Below, one piece after another: positions 29,274 to 41,904 of a DNA stretch of 64,000 nt; the stretch's first letter is position 1, and each line of letters starts with the position of its first letter. The notes under the pieces were generated by a model. The model worked only from the letters and a program-made list of their open reading frames with translations. It had not been told where the DNA came from and did no database searches. A program made the translations under genes and the position numbers. The stretch is from NCBI RefSeq assembly GCF_055900595.2, contig NZ_CM148325.1. One strand, given 5' to 3'.

Positions 29274-30464
29274 CTATTGCGTCTGTTCTTCGAGTGTCAC
29301 TGGCCAGCGGCGAAAAATGATGATTGACCATATTAACGCGGCAAAAGCAGGCACCGCGCCCACATAACCAATCATCGACATTGACCAGTGCAGACTGACC
29401 TGATTACCTACCAACGCGCCAGCGCCGATTCCAATATTAAATATTCCCGAGAATAGCGCCATCGCGACGTCGGTGGCATCTGGTGCCAGCGCCAGCACTT
29501 TAACCTGCATACCAAGCCCGATGATCATCATCGCGATCCCCCAGAAAATACTCAGCACCCCGAGGTGTATTTCACTGTTCGCCGCAGGTAGCAGCAGTGC
29601 GAGGCACACCAGCAACAACGCAATCGCCGTACTCACCAACGCAGACGCATACTGATTACCCAGTTTACCGAAAATCACGCTGCCAATAATGCCCGCACCA
29701 CCGAGTAATAACAGTAATGCCGTGGCAAAGTTGGCGCTGAATCCCGCAATGTTTTGCACAAAAGGCTCGATATAGCTGTATGCCGTGTAATGGGCGGTGA
29801 CAACCACCACAGTTAACAAATAAATGCTCATCAATGCCGGGCGGCGGAACAATAGCGGAAGGCTTTTCAACGACCCTGAATGCTCGCTGGGGAGTAAGGG
29901 AAGTAACTTAATCAGGCACAGAAGGGTGATAAATGCCCCGATACCGATCGCGAAGAAGGTCATACGCCAACCGAAATACTGCCCCACAATGCGCCCGAGA
30001 GGTAAACCTAATACCATCGCCAGAGCTGTACCGGTGGCAATTAAACTCAATGCCTGTGCTCGCTTTCCGGCCGGAGCCATACGGATCGCCAGAGACGCCG
30101 TAATCGACCAGAAAATCGCATGTGCAAAAGCTACACCAATGCGACTGATCACCAGAACGGTAAAGCTCCACGACAAAAAAGACAGTACATGGCTGGCAAT
30201 AAACACCACAAACAGGCAGATCAGTAATTTGCGGCGTTCAACCTGGCTTGTCATTAGCATAAAAGGCAATGACATTAGCGCCACTACCCATGCATAAATG
30301 GTTAACATGATACCGACTTGAGCGGTTTGCATATGGAAACTTTGTGCGATGTCAGAAAGCAGGCCAACAGGGACAAATTCGGTAGTATTGAAGATGAAAG
30401 CGGCGACTGCCAGCGTAACGACCCGTAGCCACGCCACTTTGCGGGAAACAGTGTTTGTTGTCAT
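29274..30464 (-). CDS. sotB: MFS sugar efflux transporter YdeA (SotB)
   Basis: 396 aa 12-TM MFS; K-12 synteny. Confidence 0.9.
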   Translation of the reverse strand: MTTNTVSRKVAWLRVVTLAVAAFIFNTTEFVPVGLLSDIAQSFHMQTAQVGIMLTIYAWVVALMSLPFMLMTSQVERRKLLICLFVVFIASHVLSFLSWSFTVLVISRIGVAFAHAIFWSITASLAIRMAPAGKRAQALSLIATGTALAMVLGLPLGRIVGQYFGWRMTFFAIGIGAFITLLCLIKLLPLLPSEHSGSLKSLPLLFRRPALMSIYLLTVVVVTAHYTAYSYIEPFVQNIAGFSANFATALLLLLGGAGIIGSVIFGKLGNQYASALVSTAIALLLVCLALLLPAANSEIHLGVLSIFWGIAMMIIGLGMQVKVLALAPDATDVAMALFSGIFNIGIGAGALVGNQVSLHWSMSMIGYVGAVPAFAALIWSIIIFRRWPVTLEEQTQ

Positions 30465-30611
30465 AACAGATTATCGGGTGAGTTGCGAAAAGTAATGAAA
30501 TGATCTTAAAACGGTTAATGATGTGAATACAATGCATTTGTGATCTGGATCGCATTTCCATCTCTCTGACGGTTGTTCTGTCACGCGTCAGAGAGTTGTT
30601 AACATCACATT

Positions 30612-31727
30612 TTAATGACGATCAGGAAGGTCTGGCGTTTTGGTGGCTGATGGTAAAGGTGGCCTCACAGGGGAACGAGGCCTGTTGTCCAGTAGTTCTT
30701 CGTTACTAATTTTGGGCGGAATTTCATTTTTTACAAAAAGTTTTAAAATCTTGCGTGCCATACGATGGATACTTTTATCTTCACTTAATAATGCCGGTAT
30801 CAACACATCATTCAGGTCATTTTCATTAGGTTTCATAAAAATTTGAAAGTGCAATAACATATTTGTAAAAAATAAGAATAGACTCTGAAAGTGAGGTATT
30901 TCTTTGTTTGATAAAAGCGATAAAAAGCAGATACAAACTTCAGGTAGTACTTGTTTGTTAGAACCTAATGAATCCATGAGGTTTTGTAATAACTCCTCTT
31001 TTAATGGGTTATCCTTTATGTCGTAGATGGCGGTGATTAAGTTTGGGTTTTTATTCGCGAACCACCTGTGGACCTGCGGCTTATTCCATAGTCGTGGGAG
31101 TATGACAAAATTACCACGAGAGATAAAGTTCAGTACGAATAAATCAAACTGACGTAAGTAATCTGCAGCGGTATGATGCTCAGGAGGAAGAGGTTCAATA
31201 TGTGGAGTATGAGACCTTTTGATGGGGACGCCGGGGCTGATCATTGGAAATTGTTCAATAAAGTCATTAAGAAACAGAAAGAGCACACGCTCGACGCCGG
31301 TCTGAAAGGCCCGACCCATAGTGACAGGCTTTGGGTCGGGAGCACAATAAATATTAATTTCCCCATCGTGGCGAAAATTATCTAAATAAATAGGGCTTAA
31401 ATTTATTACTACCTGAAATTCAATGTTTTCTTTATGTCTTCCATTCTTAACAGGATAAGTGAGTTTAAATTGAACCTTTTCATTGTATAGCGTGTCGTTA
31501 TCTCGGAAAGTTGTCCTCTGTATATAAGATAGGTTATCAAGATTATTGAATATCTTTTTGGTGTTTGAATTGATGTTTAAAGACGTACGCCACTCCTCAT
31601 CACATATTATAATGCTGAGCGCATCAATAAAATCCTTCAAAACTTCTTTTACCTGAGGTGCAATATTGCGAACGGGAAAATCATCAGGAAGTGAGATGAA
31701 ATTGCTGATGCTTACTGGCGTAACCAT
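30612..31727 (-). CDS. yneK: uncharacterized protein YneK
   Basis: 371 aa, AT-rich; position between ydeA and yneJ matches K-12 yneK. Confidence 0.75.
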   Translation of the reverse strand: MVTPVSISNFISLPDDFPVRNIAPQVKEVLKDFIDALSIIICDEEWRTSLNINSNTKKIFNNLDNLSYIQRTTFRDNDTLYNEKVQFKLTYPVKNGRHKENIEFQVVINLSPIYLDNFRHDGEINIYCAPDPKPVTMGRAFQTGVERVLFLFLNDFIEQFPMISPGVPIKRSHTPHIEPLPPEHHTAADYLRQFDLFVLNFISRGNFVILPRLWNKPQVHRWFANKNPNLITAIYDIKDNPLKEELLQNLMDSLGSNKQVLPEVCICFLSLLSNKEIPHFQSLFLFFTNMLLHFQIFMKPNENDLNDVLIPALLSEDKSIHRMARKILKLFVKNEIPPKISNEELLDNRPRSPVRPPLPSATKTPDLPDRH

Positions 31728-31804
31728 ATTTGCCCCATATAGTCATAAGTCATCGGAACATCACTATATAGAGCATATGAGCTGCAAGAACTATCAAAAA
31801 TAGC

Positions 31805-32686
31805 TCATTGGGAAGACTGTTTTGCTGAGTCAGGCACATCGAGCAGTTGAATAAACGCTTCAAGAGGACGCGTTTTCGCACCGCGACGCCAGACCAGCCA
31901 GGTTGTTAACCAACGCCATTGCTCAGCCAACGGCCACGCTTCAACCTGGTGATGCCCCGGCATACTTTCCAGCATTGAGCGTGGGATAAGTGCAATGCCC
32001 GCACCTGCAACCACACAGGCTAACATACCGTGATACGACTCCATCTCATGGATGGTCCCCGGCGCTGCACCGTCGGCATGAAACCAGCTTTCAAAGTGGC
32101 GACGATATGAACAATTGGCACGGAATGCATAAATGTTACAGCCATTAACCTGACTGGCGCGGGTTACTGGTGCATGTCCTTGCGGCGTGACAATCATCAA
32201 CTCCTCGCGGTAGACCGGTATTCCATCAATAGCAGTATGGTTAATGGGCCCATCAATAAATGCCGCATTCAGTTTTCCCTCCAGCACACCTTCCAGCATG
32301 GTGCCGGAAGGACCGGTGGAAAGTGAAAACTGAATTTTGGGATAACGACGGTTATATTCCGCCAGCGTGGCCGGAATGCGCACTGCAGCGGTGCTTTCCA
32401 GCGAACCAAGAGAAAATAAACCTTGCGGCTCATCGCCAGCGACAACACTCCGCGCTTCATCCACTAACGCGAGAATTTGTTGGCTATAGCGTAAAAAGTT
32501 ATGCCCGGCAGGCGAGAGACGTAAACGCTGATTCTCGCGAATAAACAGATCAACCCCCAGTTCTGTTTCCAGCTGGCGTAGACGGGTAGTGAGATTCGAC
32601 GGGACGCGATGCACTTTTGCTGCAGCCTGGGTAATGCTGCCAGCTTCGGCAACCGCGTTGAACATCTCCAGTTGGGTCAGATCCAT
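31805..32686 (-). CDS. yneJ: LysR-family transcriptional regulator YneJ
   Basis: 293 aa with N-terminal LysR HTH ([40 protein letters not shown]); divergent from sad. Confidence 0.9.
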   Translation of the reverse strand: MDLTQLEMFNAVAEAGSITQAAAKVHRVPSNLTTRLRQLETELGVDLFIRENQRLRLSPAGHNFLRYSQQILALVDEARSVVAGDEPQGLFSLGSLESTAAVRIPATLAEYNRRYPKIQFSLSTGPSGTMLEGVLEGKLNAAFIDGPINHTAIDGIPVYREELMIVTPQGHAPVTRASQVNGCNIYAFRANCSYRRHFESWFHADGAAPGTIHEMESYHGMLACVVAGAGIALIPRSMLESMPGHHQVEAWPLAEQWRWLTTWLVWRRGAKTRPLEAFIQLLDVPDSAKQSSQ

Positions 32687-32786
32687 GGCATTCTCAATTC
32701 GTGAATAAGTGGCTTAATATTATTCATTTTCAAGCAAGAGTAAATCTGCGTATCTTTTTACCATAACCCATAAAGGAGATACCCCG

Positions 32787-34175
32787 ATGACCATTACTCC
32801 GGCAACCCATGCAATTTCGATAAATCCTGCCACTGGTGAACAACTTTCTGTGCTGCCGTGGGCTGGCGCTGACGATATAGAAAACGCACTTCAGCTGGCG
32901 GCAGCAGGCTTTCGCGACTGGCGCGAGACAAATATAGATTATCGTGCTGAAAAACTGCGTGATATCGGTAAGGCTCTGCGCGCCCGTAGCGAAGAAATGG
33001 CTCAAATGATCACCCGTGAAATGGGCAAACCGATCAACCAGGCGCGTGCTGAAGTGGCGAAATCGGCGAATTTGTGTGACTGGTATGCAGAACATGGTCC
33101 AGCAATGCTGAAAGCAGAATCTACGCTGGTGGAAAATCAGCAGGCGGTTATTGAGTATCGACCGTTGGGGACGATTCTGGCGATTATGCCGTGGAATTTT
33201 CCGTTATGGCAGGTGATGCGTGGCGCTGTTCCCATCATTCTTGCAGGTAACGGCTACTTACTTAAACATGCGCCGAATGTGATGGGCTGTGCACAGCTCA
33301 TTGCCCAGGTGTTTAAAGATGCGGGGATCCCGCAAGGCGTATATGGCTGGCTGAATGCTGACAACGACGGTGTCAGTCAGATGATTAAAGACTCGCGCAT
33401 TGCTGCTGTCACAGTGACCGGAAGTGTTCGTGCGGGAGCAGCTATTGGCGCACAGGCTGGAGCGGCACTGAAAAAATGTGTACTGGAACTGGGCGGTTCG
33501 GATCCGTTTATTGTGCTTAACGATGCCGATCTGGAACTTGCGGTGAAAGCGGCAGTAGCCGGACGTTATCAGAATACCGGACAGGTTTGTGCAGCGGCAA
33601 AACGCTTTATTATCGAAGAGGGAATTGCTTCGGCATTTACCGAACGTTTTGTGGCAGCTGCGGCAGCCTTGAAAATGGGCGATCCCCGTGACGAAGAGAA
33701 CGCTCTCGGACCAATGGCTCGTTTTGATTTACGTGATGAGCTGCATCATCAGGTGGAGAAAACCCTGGCGCAGGGTGCGCGTTTGTTACTGGGCGGGGAA
33801 AAAATGGCTGGGGCAGGTAACTACTATCCGCCGACGATTCTGGCGAATGTTACCCCAGAAATGACTGCATTTCGGGAAGAGATGTTTGGCCCCGTTGCGG
33901 CAATCACTATTGCAAAGGATGCAGAACATGCGTTGGAACTGGCTAATGATAGCGAGTTCGGCCTTTCAGCGACCATTTTCACCACCGACGAAACACGGGC
34001 CAGACAGATGGCGGCACGTCTGGAATGCGGTGGCGTGTTTATCAATGGTTATTGTGCCAGTGATGCGCGAGTCGCCTTTGGTGGCGTGAAGAAGAGTGGC
34101 TTTGGTCGTGAACTTTCCCATTTCGGTTTACATGAGTTCTGTAATATCCAGACGGTGTGGAAAGACCGGATCTGA
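32787..34175 (+). CDS. sad: NAD+-dependent succinate-semialdehyde dehydrogenase Sad (YneI)
   Basis: 462 aa aldehyde dehydrogenase with catalytic Cys (VCAAAKR) and ELGG motif. Confidence 0.95.
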   Translation: MTITPATHAISINPATGEQLSVLPWAGADDIENALQLAAAGFRDWRETNIDYRAEKLRDIGKALRARSEEMAQMITREMGKPINQARAEVAKSANLCDWYAEHGPAMLKAESTLVENQQAVIEYRPLGTILAIMPWNFPLWQVMRGAVPIILAGNGYLLKHAPNVMGCAQLIAQVFKDAGIPQGVYGWLNADNDGVSQMIKDSRIAAVTVTGSVRAGAAIGAQAGAALKKCVLELGGSDPFIVLNDADLELAVKAAVAGRYQNTGQVCAAAKRFIIEEGIASAFTERFVAAAAALKMGDPRDEENALGPMARFDLRDELHHQVEKTLAQGARLLLGGEKMAGAGNYYPPTILANVTPEMTAFREEMFGPVAAITIAKDAEHALELANDSEFGLSATIFTTDETRARQMAARLECGGVFINGYCASDARVAFGGVKKSGFGRELSHFGLHEFCNIQTVWKDRI

Positions 34176-34238
34176 CGCTACATATTCAGCTCTGATATAC
34201 TCGCAGGTCTTTTCAGACCTGCGGTCCAGGAGTAGAAA

Positions 34239-35165
34239 GTGGCAGTCGCCATGGATAATGCAATTTTAGAAAACATCTTGCGGCAAGTGCAGCCGCTCAT
34301 TGGTCAGGGTAAAGTCGCGGATTATATTCCGGCGCTGGCGACGGTTGATGGTTCCCGACTGGGCATAGCTATCTGTACCGTTGACGGACAGCTTTTTCAG
34401 GCCGGAGACGCACAAGAACGTTTTTCCATTCAGTCTATTTCCAAAGTGCTGAGTCTCGTTGTCGCCATGCGTCATTACTCCGAAGAGGAAATCTGGCAAC
34501 GCGTCGGCAAAGATCCGTCTGGATCACCGTTTAATTCCCTGGTGCAACTCGAAATGGAGCAGGGTATTCCGCGTAATCCGTTTATAAATGCCGGTGCGCT
34601 GGTGGTCTGCGATATGTTGCAAGGGCGCTTAAGCGCGCCACGGCAACGTATGCTGGAAGTTGTCCGCGGCTTAAGCGGAGTGTCTGATATTTCCTACGAT
34701 ACGGTGGTAGCGCGTTCCGAATTTGAACACTCCGCGCGAAATGCGGCTATCGCCTGGCTGATGAAGTCGTTTGGCAATTTCCATCATGACGTGACAACCG
34801 TTCTGCAAAACTACTTTCATTACTGCGCTCTGAAAATGAGCTGTGTAGAGCTGGCCCGGACGTTTGTCTTTCTGGCTAATCAGGGGAAAGCTATTCATAT
34901 TGATGAACCTGTGGTGACGCCAATGCAGGCGCGGCAAATTAACGCACTGATGGCGACCAGTGGTATGTACCAGAACGCGGGGGAGTTTGCCTGGCGGGTG
35001 GGACTACCAGCGAAATCTGGCGTCGGCGGCGGTATTGTGGCGATTGTTCCGCATGAAATGGCCATCGCTGTCTGGAGTCCGGAACTGGATGATGCAGGTA
35101 ACTCGCTTGCGGGCATTGCTGTCCTTGAACAATTGACGAAACAATTAGGGCGTTCGGTTTATTAA
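34239..35165 (+). CDS. glsB: glutaminase 2 GlsB (YneH)
   Basis: 308 aa glutaminase/serine-beta-lactamase-like fold; K-12 synteny. Confidence 0.9.
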   Translation: MAVAMDNAILENILRQVQPLIGQGKVADYIPALATVDGSRLGIAICTVDGQLFQAGDAQERFSIQSISKVLSLVVAMRHYSEEEIWQRVGKDPSGSPFNSLVQLEMEQGIPRNPFINAGALVVCDMLQGRLSAPRQRMLEVVRGLSGVSDISYDTVVARSEFEHSARNAAIAWLMKSFGNFHHDVTTVLQNYFHYCALKMSCVELARTFVFLANQGKAIHIDEPVVTPMQARQINALMATSGMYQNAGEFAWRVGLPAKSGVGGGIVAIVPHEMAIAVWSPELDDAGNSLAGIAVLEQLTKQLGRSVY

Positions 35166-35524
35166 TGCAGTCTCTCGATCCACTCTTCGCGCGTTTATCC
35201 CGTTCAAAATTTCGCTCTCGCTTTCGTTTGGGTGTGAAAGAGCGTCAGTATTGTCTGGAGAAAGGCGCGCCAGTCATCGAACAACATGCGGCGGATTTTG
35301 TCTCTAAACGTCTTGCTCCGGCATTACCGGCTAACGACGGTAAGCAAACCCCCATGCGCGGGCATCCGGTGTTTATCGCTCAGCACGCCACTGCAACCTG
35401 TTGTCGCGGTTGTCTGGCTAAGTGGCATAACATTCCGCAGGGTGTTTCGTTAAGCGAGGAACAACAACGTTATATCGTGTCGGTAATCTATCACTGGTTG
35501 GTTATACAGATGAATCAGCCATGA
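35165..35524 (+). CDS. yneG: DUF4186 family protein YneG
   Basis: 119 aa; start overlaps glsB stop; K-12 synteny. Confidence 0.8.
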   Translation: MQSLDPLFARLSRSKFRSRFRLGVKERQYCLEKGAPVIEQHAADFVSKRLAPALPANDGKQTPMRGHPVFIAQHATATCCRGCLAKWHNIPQGVSLSEEQQRYIVSVIYHWLVIQMNQP

Positions 35525-35662
35525 TAATTGCGGAAAACGATAAAATAGCATTCCCAGGATATCTTTATTTGCCGCCGCTGTCAGCGAACATGCTATCCTT
35601 TATGAGAATTTACTTATTACGTTGAGATAATTGCCACCCGCAATTGTATGGACAGATAATTA

Positions 35663-37081
35663 ATGCATGTACAGCCCATTTCAACTTTCCGTTTGTTCCA
35701 GGAAGGTCATCTGCTACGTAATAGCATCGCTATTTTTGTGCTAACCACGCTGTTCTATTTTATTGGTGCAGAGTTACGGCTGGTTCACGAACTTTCTCTT
35801 TTCTGGCCGCTGAATGGCGTAATGGCGGGGGTGTTTGCCCGCTATGTCTGGCTTAATCGACTGCATTACTATGCGATCAGTTATGTGGCAATGCTGGTTT
35901 ATGATGCCATAACCACCGAATGGGGGCTGGTTTCACTGGCTATCAATTTCTCCAATATGATGTTTATTGTTACCGTCGCCTTACTGGTCGCGCGGGATAA
36001 GCGTCTGGGGAAAAATAAGTACGAGCCAGTAAGTGCCTTACGGCTATTTAATTACTGTCTGATTGCCGCATTATTATGCGCTATTGTCGGGGCGATTGGT
36101 TCGGTCAGTATTGATAGTTTGGATTTCTGGCCTTTGCTTGCCGACTGGTTCAGTGAGCAATTCTCAACGGGCGTGTTGATCGTGCCTTGTATGCTGACGT
36201 TGGCAATTCCTGGAGTGCTGCCGCGCTTTAAAGCAGAACAGATGATGCCCGCTATCGCGCTTATTGTGTCGGTTGTTGCCTCGGTAGTCATTGGCGGAGC
36301 GGGGAGTCTGGCGTTCCCGCTGCCTGCATTAATCTGGTGTGCAGTGCGCTATACGCCGCAGGTAACATGTCTGTTGACCTTTGTCACCGGTGCGGTGGAA
36401 ATCGTACTGGTGGCAAATTCGGTGATTGATATCTCGGTCGGTTCGCCGTTCTCCATTCCGCAAATGTTCTCCGCACGTCTCGGTATTGCCACGATGGCGA
36501 TATGCCCAATTATGGTTTCTTTTAGCGTGGCAGCGATCAATTCGCTAATGAAGCAAGTTGCGCTGCGAGCCGACTTTGATTTTCTGACTCAGGTTTACTC
36601 ACGGTCCGGTCTTTATGAGGCGCTGAAAAGGCCATCGCTGAAACAGACACAACATCTGACTGTCATGCTGCTTGATATCGACTATTTCAAAAGCATTAAC
36701 GATAACTATGGACATGAATGTGGCGATAAAGTGTTAAGCGTGTTTGCCCAGCATATTCAAAAGATTGTCGGTGATAAGGGGCTGGTGGCGCGAATGGGCG
36801 GCGAAGAATTTGCTGTTGCAGTGCCATCGGTGAATCCTGTCGATGGTCTGCTAATGGCGGAAAAAATCCGTAAAGGCGTTGAACTGCAACCGTTCACCTG
36901 GCAACAAAAAACGCTTTATCTCACGGTAAGTATTGGCGTCGGTAGTGGTTGCGCATCGTACCGAACGCTGACCGATGACTTTAATAAATTGATGGTCGAA
37001 GCCGATACATGTCTGTATCGCTCGAAGAAAGATGGGCGCAACCGTACCAGCACTATGCGTTACGGTGAGGAAGTTGTCTGA
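35663..37081 (+). CDS. dgcF: diguanylate cyclase DgcF (YneF), membrane sensor domain plus GGEEF
   Basis: 472 aa with N-terminal multi-TM region and C-terminal GGDEF domain (RMGGEEF); exact start uncertain. Confidence 0.85.
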   Translation: MHVQPISTFRLFQEGHLLRNSIAIFVLTTLFYFIGAELRLVHELSLFWPLNGVMAGVFARYVWLNRLHYYAISYVAMLVYDAITTEWGLVSLAINFSNMMFIVTVALLVARDKRLGKNKYEPVSALRLFNYCLIAALLCAIVGAIGSVSIDSLDFWPLLADWFSEQFSTGVLIVPCMLTLAIPGVLPRFKAEQMMPAIALIVSVVASVVIGGAGSLAFPLPALIWCAVRYTPQVTCLLTFVTGAVEIVLVANSVIDISVGSPFSIPQMFSARLGIATMAICPIMVSFSVAAINSLMKQVALRADFDFLTQVYSRSGLYEALKRPSLKQTQHLTVMLLDIDYFKSINDNYGHECGDKVLSVFAQHIQKIVGDKGLVARMGGEEFAVAVPSVNPVDGLLMAEKIRKGVELQPFTWQQKTLYLTVSIGVGSGCASYRTLTDDFNKLMVEADTCLYRSKKDGRNRTSTMRYGEEVV

Positions 37082-37307
37082 CATCTTTATTCATTCAGAG
37101 CGTTTTAAATACAATGTGTTCTACCACTTTATGTTCCAAGAAAAGGCGTATTTCCTCGATTAAACCATGATCCGCGCCACACTTTTCTCATAAAACTGCT
37201 CATTAATCATCAGGAGTTGATCAAAACAGGGGTTCGGCGTATTAAAGTTTGCTAACCTGTCGTACCAATTCAAACAGGTTGTATGACTAATCAGAAGGGA
37301 ACCCATT

Positions 37308-38759
37308 GTGAAAACACTAAATCGTCGCGATTTTCCCGGTGCACAGTATCCAGAACGTATCATTCAGTTTGGTGAAGGTAACTTCCTGCGCGCCTTTGTT
37401 GACTGGCAAATCGATCTCCTGAATGAGCACACCGATCTGAATTCTGGCGTGGTCGTTGTTCGTCCGATTGAAACTTCATTCCCGCCGTCATTGAGCACGC
37501 AGGATGGTCTGTACACCACCATTATCCGTGGTTTGAATGAGAAGGGGGAGGCGGTCAGCGACGCGCGTCTGATTCGCTCGGTTAATCGTGAAATCAGCGT
37601 CTACAGTGAATACGATGAATTCCTGAAACTGGCGCACAACCCGGAAATGCGCTTTGTTTTCTCTAACACCACCGAAGCGGGTATCAGCTACCATGCGGGC
37701 GATAAATTCGATGACGCGCCAGCGGTAAGTTATCCGGCAAAACTGACCCGTCTGCTGTTCGAACGTTTTAGCCATTTCAACGGAGCGCAGGATAAAGGTT
37801 GGATCATCATCCCATGTGAACTGATCGACTATAACGGCGATGCACTGCGTGAACTGGTGCTGCGCTACGCGCAAGAGTGGGCACTACCAGAAGCATTTAT
37901 TCAATGGCTGGATCAGGCTAACAGCTTCTGTTCTACGCTGGTGGACCGTATCGTTACCGGTTATCCGCGTGATGAAGTGGCTAAACTGGAAGAAGAACTG
38001 GGTTATCACGATGGTTTCCTCGACACCGCTGAACACTTTTACCTGTTTGTGATTCAGGGGCCGAAATCCTTAGCGACTGAGCTGCGTCTGGACAAATATC
38101 CGCTCAACGTGCTGATTGTTGACGATATTAAACCGTATAAAGAGCGCAAAGTGGCAATCCTCAACGGTGCACACACGGCGCTGGTGCCGGTGGCGTTCCA
38201 GGCCGGGCTGGATACTGTAGGTGAAGCGATGAACGATGCTGAAATTTGTGCATTCGTTGAAAAAGCCATCTACGAAGAGATTATTCCGGTACTGGATTTG
38301 CCTCGTGATGAACTGGAATCTTTCGCCAGTGCAGTCACCGGACGTTTCCGTAATCCGTACATCAAGCATCAGCTGCTGTCTATCGCGCTTAACGGTATGA
38401 CCAAGTTCCGCACCCGTATCCTGCCGCAACTGCTGGCAGGGCAGAAGGCAAACGGCACCCTTCCGGCGCGCCTTACTTTCGCATTAGCGGCATTGATTGC
38501 GTTTTATCGCGGTGAGCGTAACGGAGAAACATATCCGGTACAGGACGATGCCCACTGGCTGGAACGTTATCAGCAACTCTGGAGCCAGCATCGTGACCGT
38601 GTTATCGGCACCCAGGAACTGGTTGCTATTGTGTTGGCTGAAAAAGACCACTGGGAGCTGGACCTGACGCAAGTGCCTGGTCTGGTCCAGCTGGTTGCTA
38701 ATGACCTGGATGCAATTCTCGAAAAAGGAATGCGCGAAGCTGTACGTCCGTTGTGCTAA
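37308..38759 (+). CDS. uxaB: altronate (tagaturonate) oxidoreductase UxaB
   Basis: 483 aa mannitol dehydrogenase family [30 protein letters not shown]... Confidence 0.95.
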   Translation: MKTLNRRDFPGAQYPERIIQFGEGNFLRAFVDWQIDLLNEHTDLNSGVVVVRPIETSFPPSLSTQDGLYTTIIRGLNEKGEAVSDARLIRSVNREISVYSEYDEFLKLAHNPEMRFVFSNTTEAGISYHAGDKFDDAPAVSYPAKLTRLLFERFSHFNGAQDKGWIIIPCELIDYNGDALRELVLRYAQEWALPEAFIQWLDQANSFCSTLVDRIVTGYPRDEVAKLEEELGYHDGFLDTAEHFYLFVIQGPKSLATELRLDKYPLNVLIVDDIKPYKERKVAILNGAHTALVPVAFQAGLDTVGEAMNDAEICAFVEKAIYEEIIPVLDLPRDELESFASAVTGRFRNPYIKHQLLSIALNGMTKFRTRILPQLLAGQKANGTLPARLTFALAALIAFYRGERNGETYPVQDDAHWLERYQQLWSQHRDRVIGTQELVAIVLAEKDHWELDLTQVPGLVQLVANDLDAILEKGMREAVRPLC

Positions 38760-38766
38760 TACTCTG

Positions 38767-38794
38767 AACCCGGTTTCGACCGGGTTTCTTATTT
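38767..38794 (+). terminator. rho-independent terminator after uxaB
   Basis: AACCCGGT-ttcg-ACCGGGTT stem followed by a T-rich tract. Confidence 0.7.
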
Positions 38795-38955
38795 CACTAT
38801 ATTAGTTACAACATCCTATGTGCCTTTATCATTAACAGGTGCCACATGCAGCACCTGTTAATGTTGTAAGCTTATAGGTAATTTGTAAGTAGTGTCTTGA
38901 GAATGTGATCGTAATCACGTTTAATAGGGCGACTTTTACACGCCTGAAGATAACC

Positions 38956-39870
38956 ATGATCGTTCGTCCACAACAACACTGGCTGCGCCGTATTTTTGTC
39001 TGGCACGGTTCAGTATTATCCAAGATATCCTCACGCTTACTACTTAATTTTCTCTTTTCTACTGCCGTTATTTTCATGCTGCCCTGGTACACGCATCTGG
39101 GTATTAAATTTACCCTCGCACCATTCAGCATTCTCGGTGTCGCCATCGCCATTTTTCTTGGTTTTCGTAATAATGCCGGGTACGCCCGTTACGTTGAAGC
39201 GCGAAAACTTTGGGGGCAGTTGATGATTGCCTCACGGTCGTTACTGCGCGAGGTAAAAACGACATTGCCGGATTCGGCAAGTGTAAGGGAGTTTGCACGG
39301 CTGCAAATCGCCTTCGCCCACTGTTTACGCATGACATTACGCAAACAACCACAGGCGGAAGTGCTGGCACATTATCTCAAGACTGAAGATCTTCAGCGTG
39401 TACTGGCTTCAAACACTCCAGCTAACCGTATTTTGTTGATAATGGGGGAGTGGTTGGCGGTTCAGCGACGCAATGGACAGCTTTCAGATATCCTGTTTAT
39501 TAGCCTCAACGATCGGCTTAACGATATTTCAGCGGTTCTGGCAGGCTGCGAGCGCATTGCCTACACGCCAATTCCCTTTGCCTACACCCTGATTTTGCAT
39601 CGTACCGTTTATCTGTTTTGTATCATGCTGCCGTTCGCGCTGGTCGTGGACCTGCATTACATGACGCCATTTATCTCTGTGCTGATTTCCTACACTTTTA
39701 TTTCGCTGGATTGTCTGGCGGAAGAGCTGGAAGATCCGTTCGGTACTGAAAACAATGATTTACCGCTGGATGCCATCTGCAACGCTATTGAAATTGACCT
39801 GTTACAGATGAACGATGAAACAGAAATTCCAGCAAAAATTCTTCCCGATCGTCATTACCAGCTGACGTAA
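38956..39870 (+). CDS. yneE: bestrophin-family inner membrane protein YneE
   Basis: 304 aa from MIVRPQQHWLRRIFVW...; the ORF-track start at 38905 is an extension. Confidence 0.85.
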   Translation: MIVRPQQHWLRRIFVWHGSVLSKISSRLLLNFLFSTAVIFMLPWYTHLGIKFTLAPFSILGVAIAIFLGFRNNAGYARYVEARKLWGQLMIASRSLLREVKTTLPDSASVREFARLQIAFAHCLRMTLRKQPQAEVLAHYLKTEDLQRVLASNTPANRILLIMGEWLAVQRRNGQLSDILFISLNDRLNDISAVLAGCERIAYTPIPFAYTLILHRTVYLFCIMLPFALVVDLHYMTPFISVLISYTFISLDCLAEELEDPFGTENNDLPLDAICNAIEIDLLQMNDETEIPAKILPDRHYQLT

Positions 39871-39873
39871 TAT

Positions 39874-40632
39874 TTACTCCGTACGCCGGGCAACAATAAA
39901 CAGACGCGGAAATGCCAGCAGTATCTGTCCGTTCTCTTGCAGTGGATACTGCTCTTCCAGCATCTGATGGTAGCGCGTAACAAAATGCTGCTGTTCGCTC
40001 TCGGTCAGATCCTGTAACCACGGACGTAATCCAGTGGCGGTCACCCAGTCAATAATCGCCTGGTGCGACGGCATCTGGTGATAGTAAGTGGTTCGCCAGA
40101 TATCGACCTCGCATCCGGCTTCACTCAAAATATCGTAGTAAGCATGAACGCCAGCCAGCGGCTCACGCCCGCGATCCGGGTAGTTTTGTTTCCAGGCGAC
40201 TTCGCGCATGAGCACATGGGTAGGCTCCAGCCAGTTATCCGGCATTTGTACCGCCAGCACGCCCTGCGGACTGAGTAACGAAACCAGATGAGGGAACAGT
40301 TCGTAATGGTCGGGCAGCCATTGCAGCGAGGCATTAGCAAAAATCAGATCGAGTGCCTGTTCCGGTTGCCAGTTGCGGATGTCTGCTTCCACGAACTGGC
40401 AGTCTGGCAAAGCACTGCGCGCTTCAGCAATCATCGCCGGAGACGAGTCGATGCCTGTTATCCTGGCCGCAGGCCAACGTTGATGCAGCAGGGCGGTGCT
40501 GTTACCTGGGCCACAGCCAAGATCGGCAACGTATTCGATATTCTCCAGCGGCACTCTGGCAAGCAGCTCCACCGCCGGACGCGATCGTTCAGCGGCAAAG
40601 TGCAGATATAAAGAGGGGTTCCAGTCAGACAT
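39874..40632 (-). CDS. tam: trans-aconitate 2-methyltransferase Tam
   Basis: 252 aa SAM-dependent methyltransferase with [10 protein letters not shown] motif. Confidence 0.95.
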   Translation of the reverse strand: MSDWNPSLYLHFAAERSRPAVELLARVPLENIEYVADLGCGPGNSTALLHQRWPAARITGIDSSPAMIAEARSALPDCQFVEADIRNWQPEQALDLIFANASLQWLPDHYELFPHLVSLLSPQGVLAVQMPDNWLEPTHVLMREVAWKQNYPDRGREPLAGVHAYYDILSEAGCEVDIWRTTYYHQMPSHQAIIDWVTATGLRPWLQDLTESEQQHFVTRYHQMLEEQYPLQENGQILLAFPRLFIVARRTE

Positions 40633-40688
40633 TTATTTACTCCCGTCAGTGCGTTACCCCAATTGTAGATAAAACTGATAAATTCGCC

Positions 40689-40979
40689 TCACGGCATCAC
40701 CCCATTGAACACACGTTTTTTACGCGGCCCGGTCATTAAAGATTCCAGTTTCTTGACACAGGTTTTGTAGTGGGGCGTGGTTTTATGGAACGCCACTGCG
40801 TCTTCATCTTTATAGGCTTCGTAGATATAAAAGCGCGAATTAACTTCCGGGTCCTGTAAGACATCGAAGCGCAAATTGCCTTCTTCCTGGACCGAGCCCA
40901 GATGATTCTGGCGAAAAACCTCGATAAACTCGTCAACCTTGTCTTCATGAACGTTAATTTCAACCAGTGTGACGTGCAT
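40689..40979 (-). CDS. lsrG: autoinducer-2 degrading protein LsrG
   Basis: 96 aa [29 protein letters not shown]... (ABM monooxygenase-like); last gene of the lsr operon. Confidence 0.95.
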   Translation of the reverse strand: MHVTLVEINVHEDKVDEFIEVFRQNHLGSVQEEGNLRFDVLQDPEVNSRFYIYEAYKDEDAVAFHKTTPHYKTCVKKLESLMTGPRKKRVFNGVMP

Positions 40980-41002
40980 GATTCTTCTCCTTAAATCCGC
41001 AG

Positions 41003-41878
41003 TTACTGTTTTTCACTCAGATAGAGTTCATATGCCCGATCAGCCGTTTCGTTATGGTGTACCACCGCCTGTACGGCTTTCATCATCGCCACCGGATGGT
41101 CAGACTGGAAAATATTACGCCCCATATCCACACCAGAAGCGCCCTGATCGATAGCCTGCCAGCACATTTCCAGCGCCTCGCGCTCCGGTAATTTTTTACC
41201 GCCAGCAATAACAATGGGTACCGGACATCCGGCAACAATCCGTTCAAAACCTTTATCGACATAATAAGTTTTGATAATCTGCGCCCCCATTTCAGCGGCG
41301 ATTCGGGTAGCCAGCGAGAAATAACGTTGGTCGCGCACCATATCTTTGCCCACGCCAGTCACGGCCATGGTCGGCATTCCTACTTTCATTCCGGCATCGA
41401 CCAGCTGAATAATATTTTTAATCGACTGATGTTCATATTCGCTGCCGATATAAACCTGCGCCGCCACCGCGCAACTGTTCAGGCGCACGGCGTCATCCAT
41501 CGATAACGCCACGGCTTCATTACTTAATTCCGCCAGAATAGAGTTCGCACCAGACGCCCGCAGTACCACCGGCTTATTGGTCGCCGGGGGAACTACGCTG
41601 CGCAAAATGCCGCGCGTACACATTAATACATCGGCATGTTCAAACAGCGGGGCGATATTTATATCGATGCGTTCTAGTCCGGTAGTCGGCCCCTGAAAAT
41701 AACCATGGTCAAAGGCCAGCATCACGGTTTTACCCGTTTTCGGATTAAAAATCCGCGATAAGCGTGACTGCATTCCCCAATCCAGCGCACCGCAACCTTT
41801 CAGGGTAAAAGGGATATTTTGTTGCGGTTGATCGGTGCGAAAATCTTTACCATCTTTAATATCGTCTAAATCTGCCAT
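41003..41878 (-). CDS. lsrF: aldolase-like AI-2 processing protein LsrF
   Basis: 291 aa class I aldolase family; lsr operon synteny. Confidence 0.95.
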   Translation of the reverse strand: MADLDDIKDGKDFRTDQPQQNIPFTLKGCGALDWGMQSRLSRIFNPKTGKTVMLAFDHGYFQGPTTGLERIDINIAPLFEHADVLMCTRGILRSVVPPATNKPVVLRASGANSILAELSNEAVALSMDDAVRLNSCAVAAQVYIGSEYEHQSIKNIIQLVDAGMKVGMPTMAVTGVGKDMVRDQRYFSLATRIAAEMGAQIIKTYYVDKGFERIVAGCPVPIVIAGGKKLPEREALEMCWQAIDQGASGVDMGRNIFQSDHPVAMMKAVQAVVHHNETADRAYELYLSEKQ

Positions 41879-41904
41879 AACGTACTCCGGTTAAGTAATG
41901 CACA